Shown: positions 40,875-51,401, counted from the stretch's first letter. The stretch: 64,000 nt of DNA from an uncultured Bacilli bacterium (GCA_910579455.1 CAJTUT010000004.1:1906-65905); one strand, 5' to 3'. Numbers and translations are program-made. The notes: generated by a model not told the origin, from the letters alone.

Positions 40875-42935
40875 ATGAAGAAGAAAAAAGTGCTAAATAA
40901 AAAAAGAAGTCCCCAATTAGAAGAAATAGAAAAAAGAAGATTATGGATTATAATGGGAGTTATTATCCTACTTTTTTCTGTTGTATTCATAAAGTTTTAT
41001 CAGGTGATGATTTTAGACCATAACAAGTATAAAAAACAGCTAAAAGAATTATCTTATGATACTGTGGAAGGTCCGTCTGCTCCACGTGGAAGAATTTATG
41101 ATAGAAACTATAATATATTAGTAGATAATATAGCTGTAAAAACGATTTATTATCAAAAAGACAAATCGCTTTCTACGAAAGATGAAATTAAATTAGCGTA
41201 TCAAGTGAGTCCTCATTTAAACCTGGATATTAGTAAATTAGAAAATAGAAATAAGAGGGAGTTTTATGTAGAAATTCATCCTAACATTGCTTCTAAAAAA
41301 ATTACAAAAAAAGAGTGGGAAAAGTTAGATCAAAGGAAATTGACAAGTAATGATATTAAAGAGATGAAAATCAAAAGAATTACGGATGATGAATTAAATA
41401 GTATGAGTGAAGAGGATAAAAAGGCTGCTTATTTATATTATTTAATGAATAAAGGATATGCGTATGACGAAAAGACAATTCGAACCGATGATGTTACGGA
41501 CGAAGAATATGCATATATTTCAGAAAATAATAAAGAATTAGGTGGGTTTAATACTAGATTAGATTGGGAAAGGGTTTATCCATATGGAGATACCTTTAAA
41601 TCAATTCTTGGTAAGGTTTCCTCATCTTCTACAGGAATTCCTAAGGAGGAAAAGGAGTATTATTTAAGTAAGGGATACTCCTTAAATGATCGAGTAGGAA
41701 TTAGTTATTTAGAAAAACAATATGAAAAGTACTTGAGGGGAAAGAAAGAAATTTATCAGGTAGTAAATAGTCATGAATTAAAATTAATAGAAGAAGGGAA
41801 AAGAGGGAATGATATTGTTCTTTCCATTGATATTAATCTTCAAAAGAAAATAGAGGATATTTTAACCGAGGAGGTTATAAAAACTAAGGGTGAGGCGAAT
41901 ACTCAATTTTATGATCATTCCTCTGTAGTGATTCAGGATCCAAAAACAGGAGAAGTACTTGCGATGTCTTCCAAACAAATTGTGGATGGAAAAGTGGTGG
42001 ACCATACAAGTAGCATTTTAACGTCCCCTGTAACTCCTGGATCAGTAGTAAAAGGAGCCTCTATCCTAGTTGGCTATAATAGTGGGGTATTGAAAATGGG
42101 AGATTATATTGTAGATGAATGCATTCAAGTAAGAGGAACGAATGAAAAATGTTCTTATCATACATTAGGTAGAATTAATGATATAACAGCTTTAGCTATG
42201 TCTAGTAATGTATACCAGTGGAAAACAGCGATCAAGGTAGCAGGATATCGTTATAGTAGAGGAATGACGTTGCCATTAAATCAAGCAGCTTTTGATACCT
42301 ATAGAAAGATGTATCACTCTTTTGGATTAGGAGTAAAAACAGAAATTGATCTTCCCGTAGAGAGTTTAGGATATGGTGCAAAAAAGGATACACAGGCAGG
42401 AAACTTATTAGACTTTGTAATTGGTCAGTATGAAACCTATACCACCATTCAACTGTCGCAATATATTAATACCATTGCCAATCGAGGAAGTCGGTTAAAA
42501 CCATCTTTGCTAAAGGAGGTACATGAGGCTACTAATGATGAAACATTAGGAAAAACAATTTATGAGAATAAGGTAAAAATTTTAAATAAGGTAGATACTA
42601 AAGAGGAATATATGAACCGTGTTCATGAAGGATTCCATGCTGTAATTAATTCATCATCAGGGTATGGTAGAGGTTATATGGATTATAGGTATAGTCCAAG
42701 TGGAAAGACTGGAACCTCCCAAAGTTTTATTGATACTGATAATGATGGAGTAATTGATAAGGAAACTATTACATCTACTTTTGTAGGATATGCTCCAAGT
42801 AATGATCCTAAGATGTCGATTACCGTAGTTTCTCCAAATTCTTCACGACCTGACACCAGTAATAGTTTTGCAAGTTTAGTAACCATGAGAATTACAAAAA
42901 AGTCAACTGATGCATATTTTACTCTGAATCCATAG
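40875..42935 (+). CDS. class B penicillin-binding protein (transpeptidase)
   Basis: N-terminal TM anchor, a dimerisation domain, and SVVK (SxxK), SSN and KTGT motifs. Confidence 0.9.
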   Translation: MKKKKVLNKKRSPQLEEIEKRRLWIIMGVIILLFSVVFIKFYQVMILDHNKYKKQLKELSYDTVEGPSAPRGRIYDRNYNILVDNIAVKTIYYQKDKSLSTKDEIKLAYQVSPHLNLDISKLENRNKREFYVEIHPNIASKKITKKEWEKLDQRKLTSNDIKEMKIKRITDDELNSMSEEDKKAAYLYYLMNKGYAYDEKTIRTDDVTDEEYAYISENNKELGGFNTRLDWERVYPYGDTFKSILGKVSSSSTGIPKEEKEYYLSKGYSLNDRVGISYLEKQYEKYLRGKKEIYQVVNSHELKLIEEGKRGNDIVLSIDINLQKKIEDILTEEVIKTKGEANTQFYDHSSVVIQDPKTGEVLAMSSKQIVDGKVVDHTSSILTSPVTPGSVVKGASILVGYNSGVLKMGDYIVDECIQVRGTNEKCSYHTLGRINDITALAMSSNVYQWKTAIKVAGYRYSRGMTLPLNQAAFDTYRKMYHSFGLGVKTEIDLPVESLGYGAKKDTQAGNLLDFVIGQYETYTTIQLSQYINTIANRGSRLKPSLLKEVHEATNDETLGKTIYENKVKILNKVDTKEEYMNRVHEGFHAVINSSSGYGRGYMDYRYSPSGKTGTSQSFIDTDNDGVIDKETITSTFVGYAPSNDPKMSITVVSPNSSRPDTSNSFASLVTMRITKKSTDAYFTLNP

Positions 42936-43004
42936 ATTTTAGTTCCAAAAATAAAAAAAGTGTGTTATAGTAATATTGTATTGATATAGAATAGTGGTGA
43001 TAGA

Positions 43005-44282
43005 ATGAATTTTAAGTATTGGTTAAAAAAGACTGTAAATATTAAAACAAATTATTTAATTATTATAATTGTAGCAGCTATCTTAATTATAGGAGGATGT
43101 TTCTCTTATGCGGTTTTTACAGTAAGTAGTGAAAGTAAAGGTGCACTAAATATAGTTACAGGAAATCTATATTCTCATATAGAGAGTATTGACCTGGATA
43201 AGGATAAAAGTATTACCGTTGAGCCGAATGACTCTGTGATTATTACATTAAAACTATTAAATGTGAATGGAATAGAAGTAAAGGCCAATATGTATTATAC
43301 AGCGTCCTCCTCGACAGTTGATGTGAATTATTTAGATAAAATGGATGCACCACCATCAAGAAATGGCGATATTTTAGGAACTAATGGTAGTAATAGGGAT
43401 TCAAAAGAAATGGATATAAAGATCACAAATCATGATGCTAGTCATCCAGTTACGGTAACCTTTGGTAGTAATGTCGGATTAAAAAACTCTAACTTAGACT
43501 TCCCTGTAGATAAAAGGGAAATTGTAAAGTTTAATGGAAATCCATATATTATGAAAGCATATAATTATAATGATGATAATACAGCAGGAAATTATTGTCT
43601 AACAGGTGACGAGGATACTTGTGAAAAAACAGAATGCTATAAAGACAAATCCGCTAATGCATGTTCTTTTGGAACTGTAATAAAATATAGAGTAAATGAT
43701 GAAGAAGAAAAAGTCTTTTATGTAATAGAGGATCATGGAGATACTATAACATTACAACAAAGAGAGAATACAATTAATAATATAGAATGGTATGCAGAAG
43801 GAAATGACAATACAAAAGGGCCTCTTACCGTATTATCAAAGTTGGAAGAGGAAACAAAAAAGTGGGATAATGTATTAGACCAAGTATATACTATGGGGAC
43901 TACTACATTTAAAGATATCGCATTTACAGGTTGTGCAGCTTATAATACTTGTAGTTCTAATGCATATACTTTAGAAGAAAGGACCGGAAAAGCAAGAATG
44001 ATTACTGCCCAAGAAGCAGCGGCTCTTAATTGTACAGACATTCAAAATTCATGTCCAAAATGGATGAGCAACTATTTATATTTGTCTACAAATCATGGTG
44101 GTACAGTAGATGACAATACACCGATTAATGGCAAATATAACCAAAATTATTGGACAATGTCATCTTTTACTACAATTCCGGGTAGTGCTATGAATATAAC
44201 TAATAGTGGTATTTTGACAGGGGCGAATGGCTTAACTACTGATGTTGCAGGAGCTCGAGCAGTCATTGAAATCTCAAAATAG
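43005..44282 (+). CDS. secreted protein with a TasA/camelysin-like N-terminal region and a cysteine-rich DUF1566/lectin-like C-terminal module
   Basis: Signal anchor ...IIGGCFSYAVFTVSSESKGALNIVTGNL. The C-terminus (CLTGDEDTCEKTECYK...SCPKWMS...YWTMSS...GARAVIEISK) is paralogous to 14914-15525. Confidence 0.7.
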   Translation: MNFKYWLKKTVNIKTNYLIIIIVAAILIIGGCFSYAVFTVSSESKGALNIVTGNLYSHIESIDLDKDKSITVEPNDSVIITLKLLNVNGIEVKANMYYTASSSTVDVNYLDKMDAPPSRNGDILGTNGSNRDSKEMDIKITNHDASHPVTVTFGSNVGLKNSNLDFPVDKREIVKFNGNPYIMKAYNYNDDNTAGNYCLTGDEDTCEKTECYKDKSANACSFGTVIKYRVNDEEEKVFYVIEDHGDTITLQQRENTINNIEWYAEGNDNTKGPLTVLSKLEEETKKWDNVLDQVYTMGTTTFKDIAFTGCAAYNTCSSNAYTLEERTGKARMITAQEAAALNCTDIQNSCPKWMSNYLYLSTNHGGTVDDNTPINGKYNQNYWTMSSFTTIPGSAMNITNSGILTGANGLTTDVAGARAVIEISK

Positions 44283-44305
44283 TTTGGAGAGAATAAAATG
44301 TATAA

Positions 44306-44336
44306 AAATATCAAAAAACTTTTGCTTTTTTGATAT
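44306..44336 (+). terminator. terminator hairpin after the 43005 gene
   Basis: ATATCAAAAAA-7 nt-TTTTTTGATAT. It overlaps the rpmG promoter region. Confidence 0.55.
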
Positions 44337-44374
44337 TTTTTGATATAATACCTATAGACGTAAGGAGGGATAAC

Positions 44375-44539
44375 ATGGCAAAAGTAGGAAATAGACAAAG
44401 AAAAACATTAGTTTGTAGTGAGTGTAGCGAGGAAAATTATAGAATTGAAAAAAATGTTAAGAATACAACAGAACGTCTAACATGTAACAGATATTGTCCT
44501 AGATGTAGAAAGCATACTGAACATAAAGAAAAGAAATAA
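44375..44539 (+). CDS. rpmG: 50S ribosomal protein L33 (zinc-ribbon type)
   Basis: MAKVGNRQRKTLVCSECSEENY...CPRCRKHTEHKE. The start is taken at the ATG at 44375, after AAGGAGGG. Confidence 0.9.
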   Translation: MAKVGNRQRKTLVCSECSEENYRIEKNVKNTTERLTCNRYCPRCRKHTEHKEKK

Positions 44540-44752
44540 TTAGAAAAGGGGATTTAGTTTGAATGCTCTAATAAAAAAATCCATTGCATTCAACTATTAT
44601 TTATTAAAGATTCATTAAATTGTCAGAAAATGGGTATTATGAATCTACCAAGTCCAATTGGCAATTCCAAAAGAGAATTAATGGAAATATAAGGGTAAAA
44701 GGAAAAAATATCTAAGTTACCACGAATACCTAGAAAATAGGGAGGATAAGTA

Positions 44753-45310
44753 ATGATAAACGTAAATGAAATAAAAAATGGTATGACTATTATGATAGAG
44801 GGACAAATCTATCAAGTAGTAGAATTTTTACATGTAAAACCAGGAAAAGGATCTGCCTTTATGAAAACAAAATTAAGGAATTTAAGAACTGGTGGAATTG
44901 TAGAAAGAACATTTAATACAAATGTAAAATTTGAAAGAGCAAATATTAATAAGCAAAATGTACAATACCTATATAATACAGGAGATACTTATTTCTTTAT
45001 GAACATGGATAATTATGAGCAATTAGAATTAAGTTCCGATCAAGTAGGAGAAAGTAAAAATTATTTAATTGAAAATATGAGTGTTTATGTAATCCTTTAT
45101 GAAGGGGAACTCTTAGGAATTGACTTACCAGATAAGGTTGAATTTACAATAGTAGAAACAGAACCAGCTGTTAGAGGAAATACAACTAATAATGCACTTA
45201 AGGATGCTACAGTAGAAACTGGTTTAGTCGTAAAAGTTCCTATGTTTATTGAACAAGGAGAAAAAATACTAGTAACAACTTCAGATGGAAAATATTCATC
45301 AAGAGCATAA
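44753..45310 (+). CDS. efp: elongation factor P
   Basis: 185 aa with VNEIKNGMTI...KPGKGSAF. Confidence 0.95.
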   Translation: MINVNEIKNGMTIMIEGQIYQVVEFLHVKPGKGSAFMKTKLRNLRTGGIVERTFNTNVKFERANINKQNVQYLYNTGDTYFFMNMDNYEQLELSSDQVGESKNYLIENMSVYVILYEGELLGIDLPDKVEFTIVETEPAVRGNTTNNALKDATVETGLVVKVPMFIEQGEKILVTTSDGKYSSRA

Positions 45311-45603
45311 GGCTCTTTTTTTATAAAGCTTATATACAATAATATTATTGTATTTTAACGAGTCTTTATTTATTCTATTAATATAGGATATTAGAAATCA
45401 TCTAGTATAATACTTAAACTATGTTGATCTGATCATTAAATTTAAGAGATATACTTATTATGGAACAGTAATGTTCCTTTTATATTTTTATTGAATTTTT
45501 ACTGAAATAGTATATAATAAATATAATTTGATATTTAATAGAAGGTTATTTTTTATTACGAGTATCGAAGATATTAATAATAAGATTATATAGGTGAGTG
45601 AGT

Positions 45604-46347
45604 ATGAAAGATAAAGTTGCTTTGATTACAGGAGGGGCAAGTGGATTGGGTAGGACAATCACAGTAACCCTTGCTAAACAGGGATGCCAGGTCATAATTC
45701 TTTATCATACAAATGATAAAAAGGCCATCGAATTACAAAGAGAGATAAAGGAAAAATATCAGGTTCAAGCAAGAATTATAAAATGTGATTTATCAAGTGA
45801 ACAAGAGATTAATAAAATGATAGAACAAATAAAACAGCAAAATATAAAAATCAATTACTTAGTAAATAATGCTGCTTTATGTATAGATAGCTTATTTGAA
45901 GATAAAACCAAAGAAAATTTTATGAAAACTTTGGAAGTAAATGTAGTGGGGACGTTTTTAGTGAGTAGATTAGTAGGGAATATGATGTATGAAAATAGAA
46001 ATGGCACAATTGTTAATATATCTTCCACTAATGGAATCAATCAATATTTTCCTATGTCAATAGACTATGATGCTTCAAAAGCAGCACTAAATTCACTTAC
46101 TCATAATCTTGCATTACAATTTTCACCTTATGTACGGGTGAATGCGGTAGCACCAGGATGGGTAAAAACAGAAAATGAAATGAGAGGGCTGGATGATCTA
46201 TATATAAAAAGTGAAGAAGAAAAAATTTTCATCAAAAGGTTTGCAGAAGAGCAAGAAATTGCTAATATTATAATTTTTTTATTATCTGATCAATCAAGTT
46301 ATATAAATAATCAAATTATTGAGGCAGATGGAGGAATGTATTCATGA
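45604..46347 (+). CDS. short-chain dehydrogenase/reductase (FabG-like)
   Basis: TGGASGLG Rossmann motif, NNAA and YDASKAA (YxxxK). The start is ATG at 45604 or GTG at 45598. Confidence 0.85.
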   Translation: MKDKVALITGGASGLGRTITVTLAKQGCQVIILYHTNDKKAIELQREIKEKYQVQARIIKCDLSSEQEINKMIEQIKQQNIKINYLVNNAALCIDSLFEDKTKENFMKTLEVNVVGTFLVSRLVGNMMYENRNGTIVNISSTNGINQYFPMSIDYDASKAALNSLTHNLALQFSPYVRVNAVAPGWVKTENEMRGLDDLYIKSEEEKIFIKRFAEEQEIANIIIFLLSDQSSYINNQIIEADGGMYS

Positions 46348-47579
46348 AAAAAGAGTGTTTAAAGTTAATTAATGAATCAGAAAAAGAATGTTTTGATGAG
46401 TTTCAAAAAATAGAAAAGATTTGTTTTGATAAAACAAAAAAAATATTAGAGGCATTTCATAAGTATGAAGTATGTGAAAATGATTTTCATGAAACAACTG
46501 GGTATGGTTATAATGATATGGGAAGGGAAAAAATTGAGAGGATATTCAGTGAAGTATTAGGCTTTCCTGATGCTATAGTCAGAAATCAATTTGTATCAGC
46601 ATCGCATGCACTATCGGTTGTGTTCTTTGCACTTTTAAGACCAGGGGACATCTTATTATCCATTACAGGAACTCCATATGATACAATGCATGAAGTGATT
46701 GGAATTAAAGAAAATAATAGTAGTCTATCTTCTTTCGGAATTAAGTATATGGAAATAGATTTAGCTCATGATGATTTTGATTACGAAAAAATTAAGGAAG
46801 TGATTACTAAAAATAAGATTAAAGTGATAGAAATTCAAAGATCAAAAGGATACTCTACTAGAAAAAGTATTAATATAGAAAAAATAAAAAAGGTATCTAA
46901 ATGGATCAAGTCAATCGATAAAGAGATTATTATAATGATTGACAATTGTTATTGTGAATTAGTAAGTCAAGAAGAAATAGGAAGTGCTGATGTAGATATT
47001 GCTGTCGGATCTTTAATTAAAAATTTAGGTGGAGGAATTGCTCCAAATGGTGCTTATGTTGTAGGAAGACATGATTTAATCGAATTAGTAGGAGAACGAC
47101 TAACCTTACCTGGGGAGGGCAGAGAAGTAGGACCAACACTAGGAGTGAACAAGCAAATTCTACAAGGATTATTTCTGGCTCCAAGTGTAGTTGCGTCATC
47201 TTTAAAAGTAGCTATTTTAACTTCTCATGTATTAGAAAAATTAGGATATGTAGTAGAACCCAAATATAATGAAGAAAGAGTGGATGTTGTTCAAAGTATA
47301 GTTTTACATGATGAGAATAAATTAATTCAATATGTACAAGGTATTCAAAAAGCCTCTCCAATTGATTCTAACTCAATTCCTATTCCATGGAATATGCCAG
47401 GATATGATGATCCTGTAATTATGGCATCGGGTTCTTTTATTCAAGGATCTAGTATTGAAATCAGTTGTGATGCTCCCATAAGAAGCCCATATATTGCTTA
47501 TCAACAAGGGGCCCTTACTTATGAATCAGGAAAATTAGCACTAGCTAGTGCGATAGAAAAATTAATTGTTGAGTTGTGA
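46344..47579 (+). CDS. PLP-dependent YnbB/'aluminium resistance' family protein (Met_gamma_lyase-like)
   Basis: TGYGYNDMGREKIERIFSEVLGFPDAIVRNQFVSASHA...PGDILLSITGTPYDT pattern. Confidence 0.75.
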   Translation: MKKECLKLINESEKECFDEFQKIEKICFDKTKKILEAFHKYEVCENDFHETTGYGYNDMGREKIERIFSEVLGFPDAIVRNQFVSASHALSVVFFALLRPGDILLSITGTPYDTMHEVIGIKENNSSLSSFGIKYMEIDLAHDDFDYEKIKEVITKNKIKVIEIQRSKGYSTRKSINIEKIKKVSKWIKSIDKEIIIMIDNCYCELVSQEEIGSADVDIAVGSLIKNLGGGIAPNGAYVVGRHDLIELVGERLTLPGEGREVGPTLGVNKQILQGLFLAPSVVASSLKVAILTSHVLEKLGYVVEPKYNEERVDVVQSIVLHDENKLIQYVQGIQKASPIDSNSIPIPWNMPGYDDPVIMASGSFIQGSSIEISCDAPIRSPYIAYQQGALTYESGKLALASAIEKLIVEL

Positions 47580-47725
47580 AAATAGTTACTATGGTTTTAA
47601 AATATAATAATAGTAAAAGTAAATGAACAATTTGTAGTAAAAATAGTATTCAATTTCAATTTAAAACTAATATTTACAAATAAAAAGTAAGTATATATGA
47701 TACTAAAATATATGAAAAGAGGGAG

Positions 47726-48850
47726 ATGATTGTTTTGCAAAAACAAGAAATTGGTCAATTCCTTATTGAAGATCAAAATGACATATTAATCATCAATTGG
47801 CTTTTTTTCGATGGATTAGCATTAGAAAAAAACAAAAAAGGTTTATATGGATATATAGATACAGAAGGAAAATTAAAAATTCCATGGCAGTATAAGGAGG
47901 CTTATCAGTTTTATGAAGGTTTGGCGAGAGTTCAAAATAAAGAAGGTCTATGGGGATATATAGATACAGAAGGTAACCTAAAAATTCCATACCAGTATAA
48001 ATATGGAGCAGATTTCCACGAAGGGTTAGCCCTAGTTAAAATAGAAAATGGATTATATGGATATATAGATAAAGAGGGAAATCCAATAGTAGAATGTCAA
48101 TATGATTTAGCAGGTGATTTTCACGATGGTATGGCAAATGTTCTAGATAATCAGTCTAGGTTGTGGGGGTATATAGATAAAGAAGGGAATCAAATAATAG
48201 AATGTCAATATGATTTAGCAGGTGATTTTCACGATGGTATGGCAGAAGTTGGAAATAGTAAAAAATGGGGAAGATTACTTGGATATATAGATAAAAATGG
48301 GAAGTTGGTAATTCCATATCAATATTACAATGCATGGGATTTTCGTAATGGTATGGCACGAGTTGGAAATTCCCATGGCTTAGAAGGCTATATAAATAAA
48401 AAAGGAACTATGATACTCCCATATCAATATAATTTTTTATGTGCAAGTAATTTTCAAAATGGGTTAGCCCTAGTTAAAATAGAAAAAGGATTATATGGAT
48501 ATATAGATAAAGAAGGTAACCTAAAAATTCCATATCAGTATAAACAGGCAACCAGTTTTTATGAAGATTTAGCATGTGTTCAAAATAAAGAAGGCCTATG
48601 GGAATATATAGATACAGAGGGAAATTTGAAAATTTTATGTCCAGATTATAAAGATATATATCCTTTTTGGGATGATTTTGCCCTAGTTAAAAATAATAAA
48701 GGCTATGGATACATAGATAAAGATGGAGATCAGGTAGTTCAATGTCAATATAAAGATGCACATTATTTTCACAATAATGCCTCTATTGTCGTAGATAATA
48801 ATAATAATAAATTTGTTCTAAGAAAAGGAATCAAAAATATTTCAGTCTAG
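47726..48850 (+). CDS. WG-repeat (KWG) protein
   Basis: About ten repeats of roughly 36 aa with the pattern F.EGLA.V....GLWGYIDKEGN..IP.QY. No signal peptide. Confidence 0.85.
   Translation: MIVLQKQEIGQFLIEDQNDILIINWLFFDGLALEKNKKGLYGYIDTEGKLKIPWQYKEAYQFYEGLARVQNKEGLWGYIDTEGNLKIPYQYKYGADFHEGLALVKIENGLYGYIDKEGNPIVECQYDLAGDFHDGMANVLDNQSRLWGYIDKEGNQIIECQYDLAGDFHDGMAEVGNSKKWGRLLGYIDKNGKLVIPYQYYNAWDFRNGMARVGNSHGLEGYINKKGTMILPYQYNFLCASNFQNGLALVKIEKGLYGYIDKEGNLKIPYQYKQATSFYEDLACVQNKEGLWEYIDTEGNLKILCPDYKDIYPFWDDFALVKNNKGYGYIDKDGDQVVQCQYKDAHYFHNNASIVVDNNNNKFVLRKGIKNISV
48090..48244 (+). repeat. perfect 47-nt direct repeat inside the WG-repeat gene
   Basis: TAGAATGTCAATATGATTTAGCAGGTGATTTTCACGATGGTATGGCA occurs at 48090-48136 and again at 48198-48244. 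The 108-nt period is one protein repeat. Confidence 0.85.
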
Positions 48851-48940
48851 TTTAATATAAAATAATGCAATTTTAATTATTTTTATTTTGCATATCATTT
48901 TAATGTATGATATTATGATAATAAAGAAGGGAGTGATTTT

Positions 48941-49570
48941 ATGACAACAGATTACGATACTTATACTACGGCTGGTGCCTTAGTAGGCGGAGCATTAGGA
49001 GGACTAATGATCTTTTTTGTAGTAATGATGATTATTGCTATAGTACTAGGAATTTTACATATCATTGGGGTATGGAAGATATTGTCCAAAGCAAATAAGC
49101 CAGGATGGGGAGCGTTAATACCTGTTTACAATCAGTATTTATTATGCAAAATTGTTGGAGTAAGTCCATGGTGGATTTTGATTTTATGTCTTAGTCCAAT
49201 AATAGTTTTAATTCCTATTATTGGGACCCTTGCAAATGTGGCAGTGGCTATCTATTTTACTATCTTGTTAAATGTAAGTTTAGCACGTAGTTTTGGAAAA
49301 GAGGATGGATTTGCTGTCGGTTTAATTTTACTAGCACCTATTTTTTATTTGATTTTAGGATTAGGAGATCATAAGTATTTAGGAGAAAAACCTATGAATG
49401 ATGTAGTATTTAACAAAATAAATCAAGCAAACCATAATAAATCAACGGAAAATACTGAATCTGCTACAAATACTTCAAAAGATACGAATATTCAGTATTG
49501 TACATCTTGTGGTAGTAAAATTGATGGGTATACAAGATTTTGTCCAAATTGCGGTAAAGAAGTAGAATAA
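48941..49570 (+). CDS. DUF5684-like membrane protein with C-terminal zinc ribbon
   Basis: WKILSKANKPGWGALIPVYNQY motif, several TM helices and C-terminal CTSCGSKI...CPNCG. Confidence 0.6.
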   Translation: MTTDYDTYTTAGALVGGALGGLMIFFVVMMIIAIVLGILHIIGVWKILSKANKPGWGALIPVYNQYLLCKIVGVSPWWILILCLSPIIVLIPIIGTLANVAVAIYFTILLNVSLARSFGKEDGFAVGLILLAPIFYLILGLGDHKYLGEKPMNDVVFNKINQANHNKSTENTESATNTSKDTNIQYCTSCGSKIDGYTRFCPNCGKEVE

Positions 49571-49635
49571 GAATATTTATTATGAATATTCTTTTTTTAT
49601 GCTTCATATAGTTTACTGTAAGGAGGAAACCTCGT

Positions 49636-50142
49636 ATGATTAATAAACAAAATTTGTGGTTTTTAACATTATTTAGTTTGATATTAGTTCTTAGTGTCTA
49701 TTATATTACAATGCCAAATGATTTGTTAGTAAACAATGTAGAAAGTAAGGTACAAATAAAATCAAAGGATAAGGCAAAAACAGAAGTGAAACAAACAAAT
49801 TCACTAGTTGCCATGAGAGTATCATTAGAAGAGGAAAGACAAGAAGAAATGGTTAGTTTACAAGAAAAATTGACAAATGAGAAAACAACGACAGAGGAAA
49901 AGAATAATGCCTATGAACAATTGAAGTATTTAAATCAATTACAAGGGGAAGAAGAAAAAATTGAAAAGCAAATCAAAGAGCAATATAAACTAGATAGCTT
50001 TGTAAAAATAGACGATAAGAATATAGAGGTAGTAGTAATTAAAGATAAACATGATAATAGTATTGCTAATAATATCATGCGACTTGTTCAAACTAACTAT
50101 GATGACAAAATGTATATCACTGTAACTTTTAAAAAAAGTTAG
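49636..50142 (+). CDS. spoIIIAH: SpoIIIAH-like sporulation protein
   Basis: MINKQNLWFLTLFSLILVLSVYYI N-terminus typical of SpoIIIAH, with a charged linker and a C-terminal YscJ/FliF-like region. Confidence 0.7.
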   Translation: MINKQNLWFLTLFSLILVLSVYYITMPNDLLVNNVESKVQIKSKDKAKTEVKQTNSLVAMRVSLEEERQEEMVSLQEKLTNEKTTTEEKNNAYEQLKYLNQLQGEEEKIEKQIKEQYKLDSFVKIDDKNIEVVVIKDKHDNSIANNIMRLVQTNYDDKMYITVTFKKS

Positions 50143-50216
50143 GCAGATAAACTGAAACAAATTCTTAACTTCTCATACAATACTTTAGGTAACGTATAAA
50201 GGAAGGGAAGAGTTAT

Positions 50217-50423
50217 ATGTCAAAAGGTATTTTAACTTCTAGAGAAAGGGAAGTATTTGAACTTTTAATCCTTAATAAAACTACAAAGGAGATTGCTAAA
50301 AGTCTAGGTATCAGTGAAAAAACAGTAAGAAACCATATATCTAATACTATGCAGAAACTGGGTGTAAATGGTAGAGCAAGTGCAGTAGTAGAGTTATTAA
50401 AATTAAAAGAAATATCATTATAA
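50217..50423 (+). CDS. gerE: GerE-like LuxR-family HTH regulator
   Basis: 68 aa consisting of an HTH only: LTSREREVFELL...TTKEIAKSLGISEKTVRNH. Confidence 0.75.
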   Translation: MSKGILTSREREVFELLILNKTTKEIAKSLGISEKTVRNHISNTMQKLGVNGRASAVVELLKLKEISL

Positions 50424-50471
50424 AACGTACTAATATAGTGCGTTTTTTCATATTATTAATTAGGTGATATT

Positions 50472-51401
50472 ATGTTAAGGAAAAAAGCAATTCGAAAAAT
50501 ATTTATAACAACACTAACTGCATTTATTTTATTAGTAGTATACTCAATCCCAAATATGATAGAAGAGGAAAAAACTATTAAAACAAACCTAGAAGTAGAA
50601 TATATATCAGGTCTTGGAACTAATAATATTTATTTGTTAGATCAAAATGATTACTTAGTAAAAACTAATATTTTACTAGATAAGAAAGACAAAGTGGAAC
50701 AAATAAAATTACTACTTTCTAACTTAATAAAACATGATAATTCAAAATTCCCAAATGGATTAAGGGCAACTATTCCAGCTAATACAAAGGTCATTGATGT
50801 AATTTATGATGAGGGATATGTCACCATAAACTTTAGTAAAAGGTTTTTAAATGTTGATTCAGAATTAAAAGATCGAATGATGGAGTCAGTCGTTTATAGT
50901 ATTATGGATTTAGGTGATATTAAAGGGGTGATCATTGAGGTAGAAGAAGAAATATTAAAAGATTATAATAGAGTGTTAGATAGGAGTATGGGAATTAATA
51001 GGAAATATAATATTAAATCGAGAAATAAAATTAATAAAGTTGTGGTTTATTATTTAGAAGAAATTGAGAATAATAAATATTATGTTCCGGTTACTAAGTA
51101 TTTAAATGACGATAGAGATAAAATTAAAATAATTGTGGATGAACTTACCACCAGTTATATCTATGAGCCTAATTTGATGAGCTTTTTTAACAGCAATACT
51201 AAGCTTTTGGGCCACGAGGAAAAAGAGAATATCATGTCAATTAACTTTAACCAGGCTATTTTTGACCGAGATCATAAGGTAGTAGAGGAAGTTAAATATA
51301 CTCTCGCTTATTCTATATTTGATAATTATGATGTGAATCAAATTTTACTACAAGTAGATGGCAAAAATATAGAGACGATTGGAAAAAAAGACCTTCCGTA
51401 A
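50472..51401 (+). CDS. gerM: GerM-domain (GerMN) lipoprotein-like protein
   Basis: N-terminal anchor with two GerMN-like halves. Lies next to other sporulation genes. Confidence 0.6.
   Translation: MLRKKAIRKIFITTLTAFILLVVYSIPNMIEEEKTIKTNLEVEYISGLGTNNIYLLDQNDYLVKTNILLDKKDKVEQIKLLLSNLIKHDNSKFPNGLRATIPANTKVIDVIYDEGYVTINFSKRFLNVDSELKDRMMESVVYSIMDLGDIKGVIIEVEEEILKDYNRVLDRSMGINRKYNIKSRNKINKVVVYYLEEIENNKYYVPVTKYLNDDRDKIKIIVDELTTSYIYEPNLMSFFNSNTKLLGHEEKENIMSINFNQAIFDRDHKVVEEVKYTLAYSIFDNYDVNQILLQVDGKNIETIGKKDLP

Noticed and set aside
43900-44282. Possible diversity-generating retroelement target. The C-type-lectin-like C-termini (43005 gene and 14914-15525) are Asn-rich, as in DGR variable regions.
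   Set aside because: There is no reverse transcriptase, no Avd-like gene and no near-identical template repeat anywhere in the window. The two paralogous C-termini are diverged throughout, not only at A-templated positions.
45400-45490. Possible small RNA: a TATAAT-like box near 45408 and a GGAACA-GTAA-TGTTCC-TTTT terminator at about 45461-45485, between efp and the SDR gene.
   Set aside because: The -35 element is poor, the region is extremely AT-rich so -10-like hexamers are frequent, and I could not assess any conserved structure. Kept only as a note.
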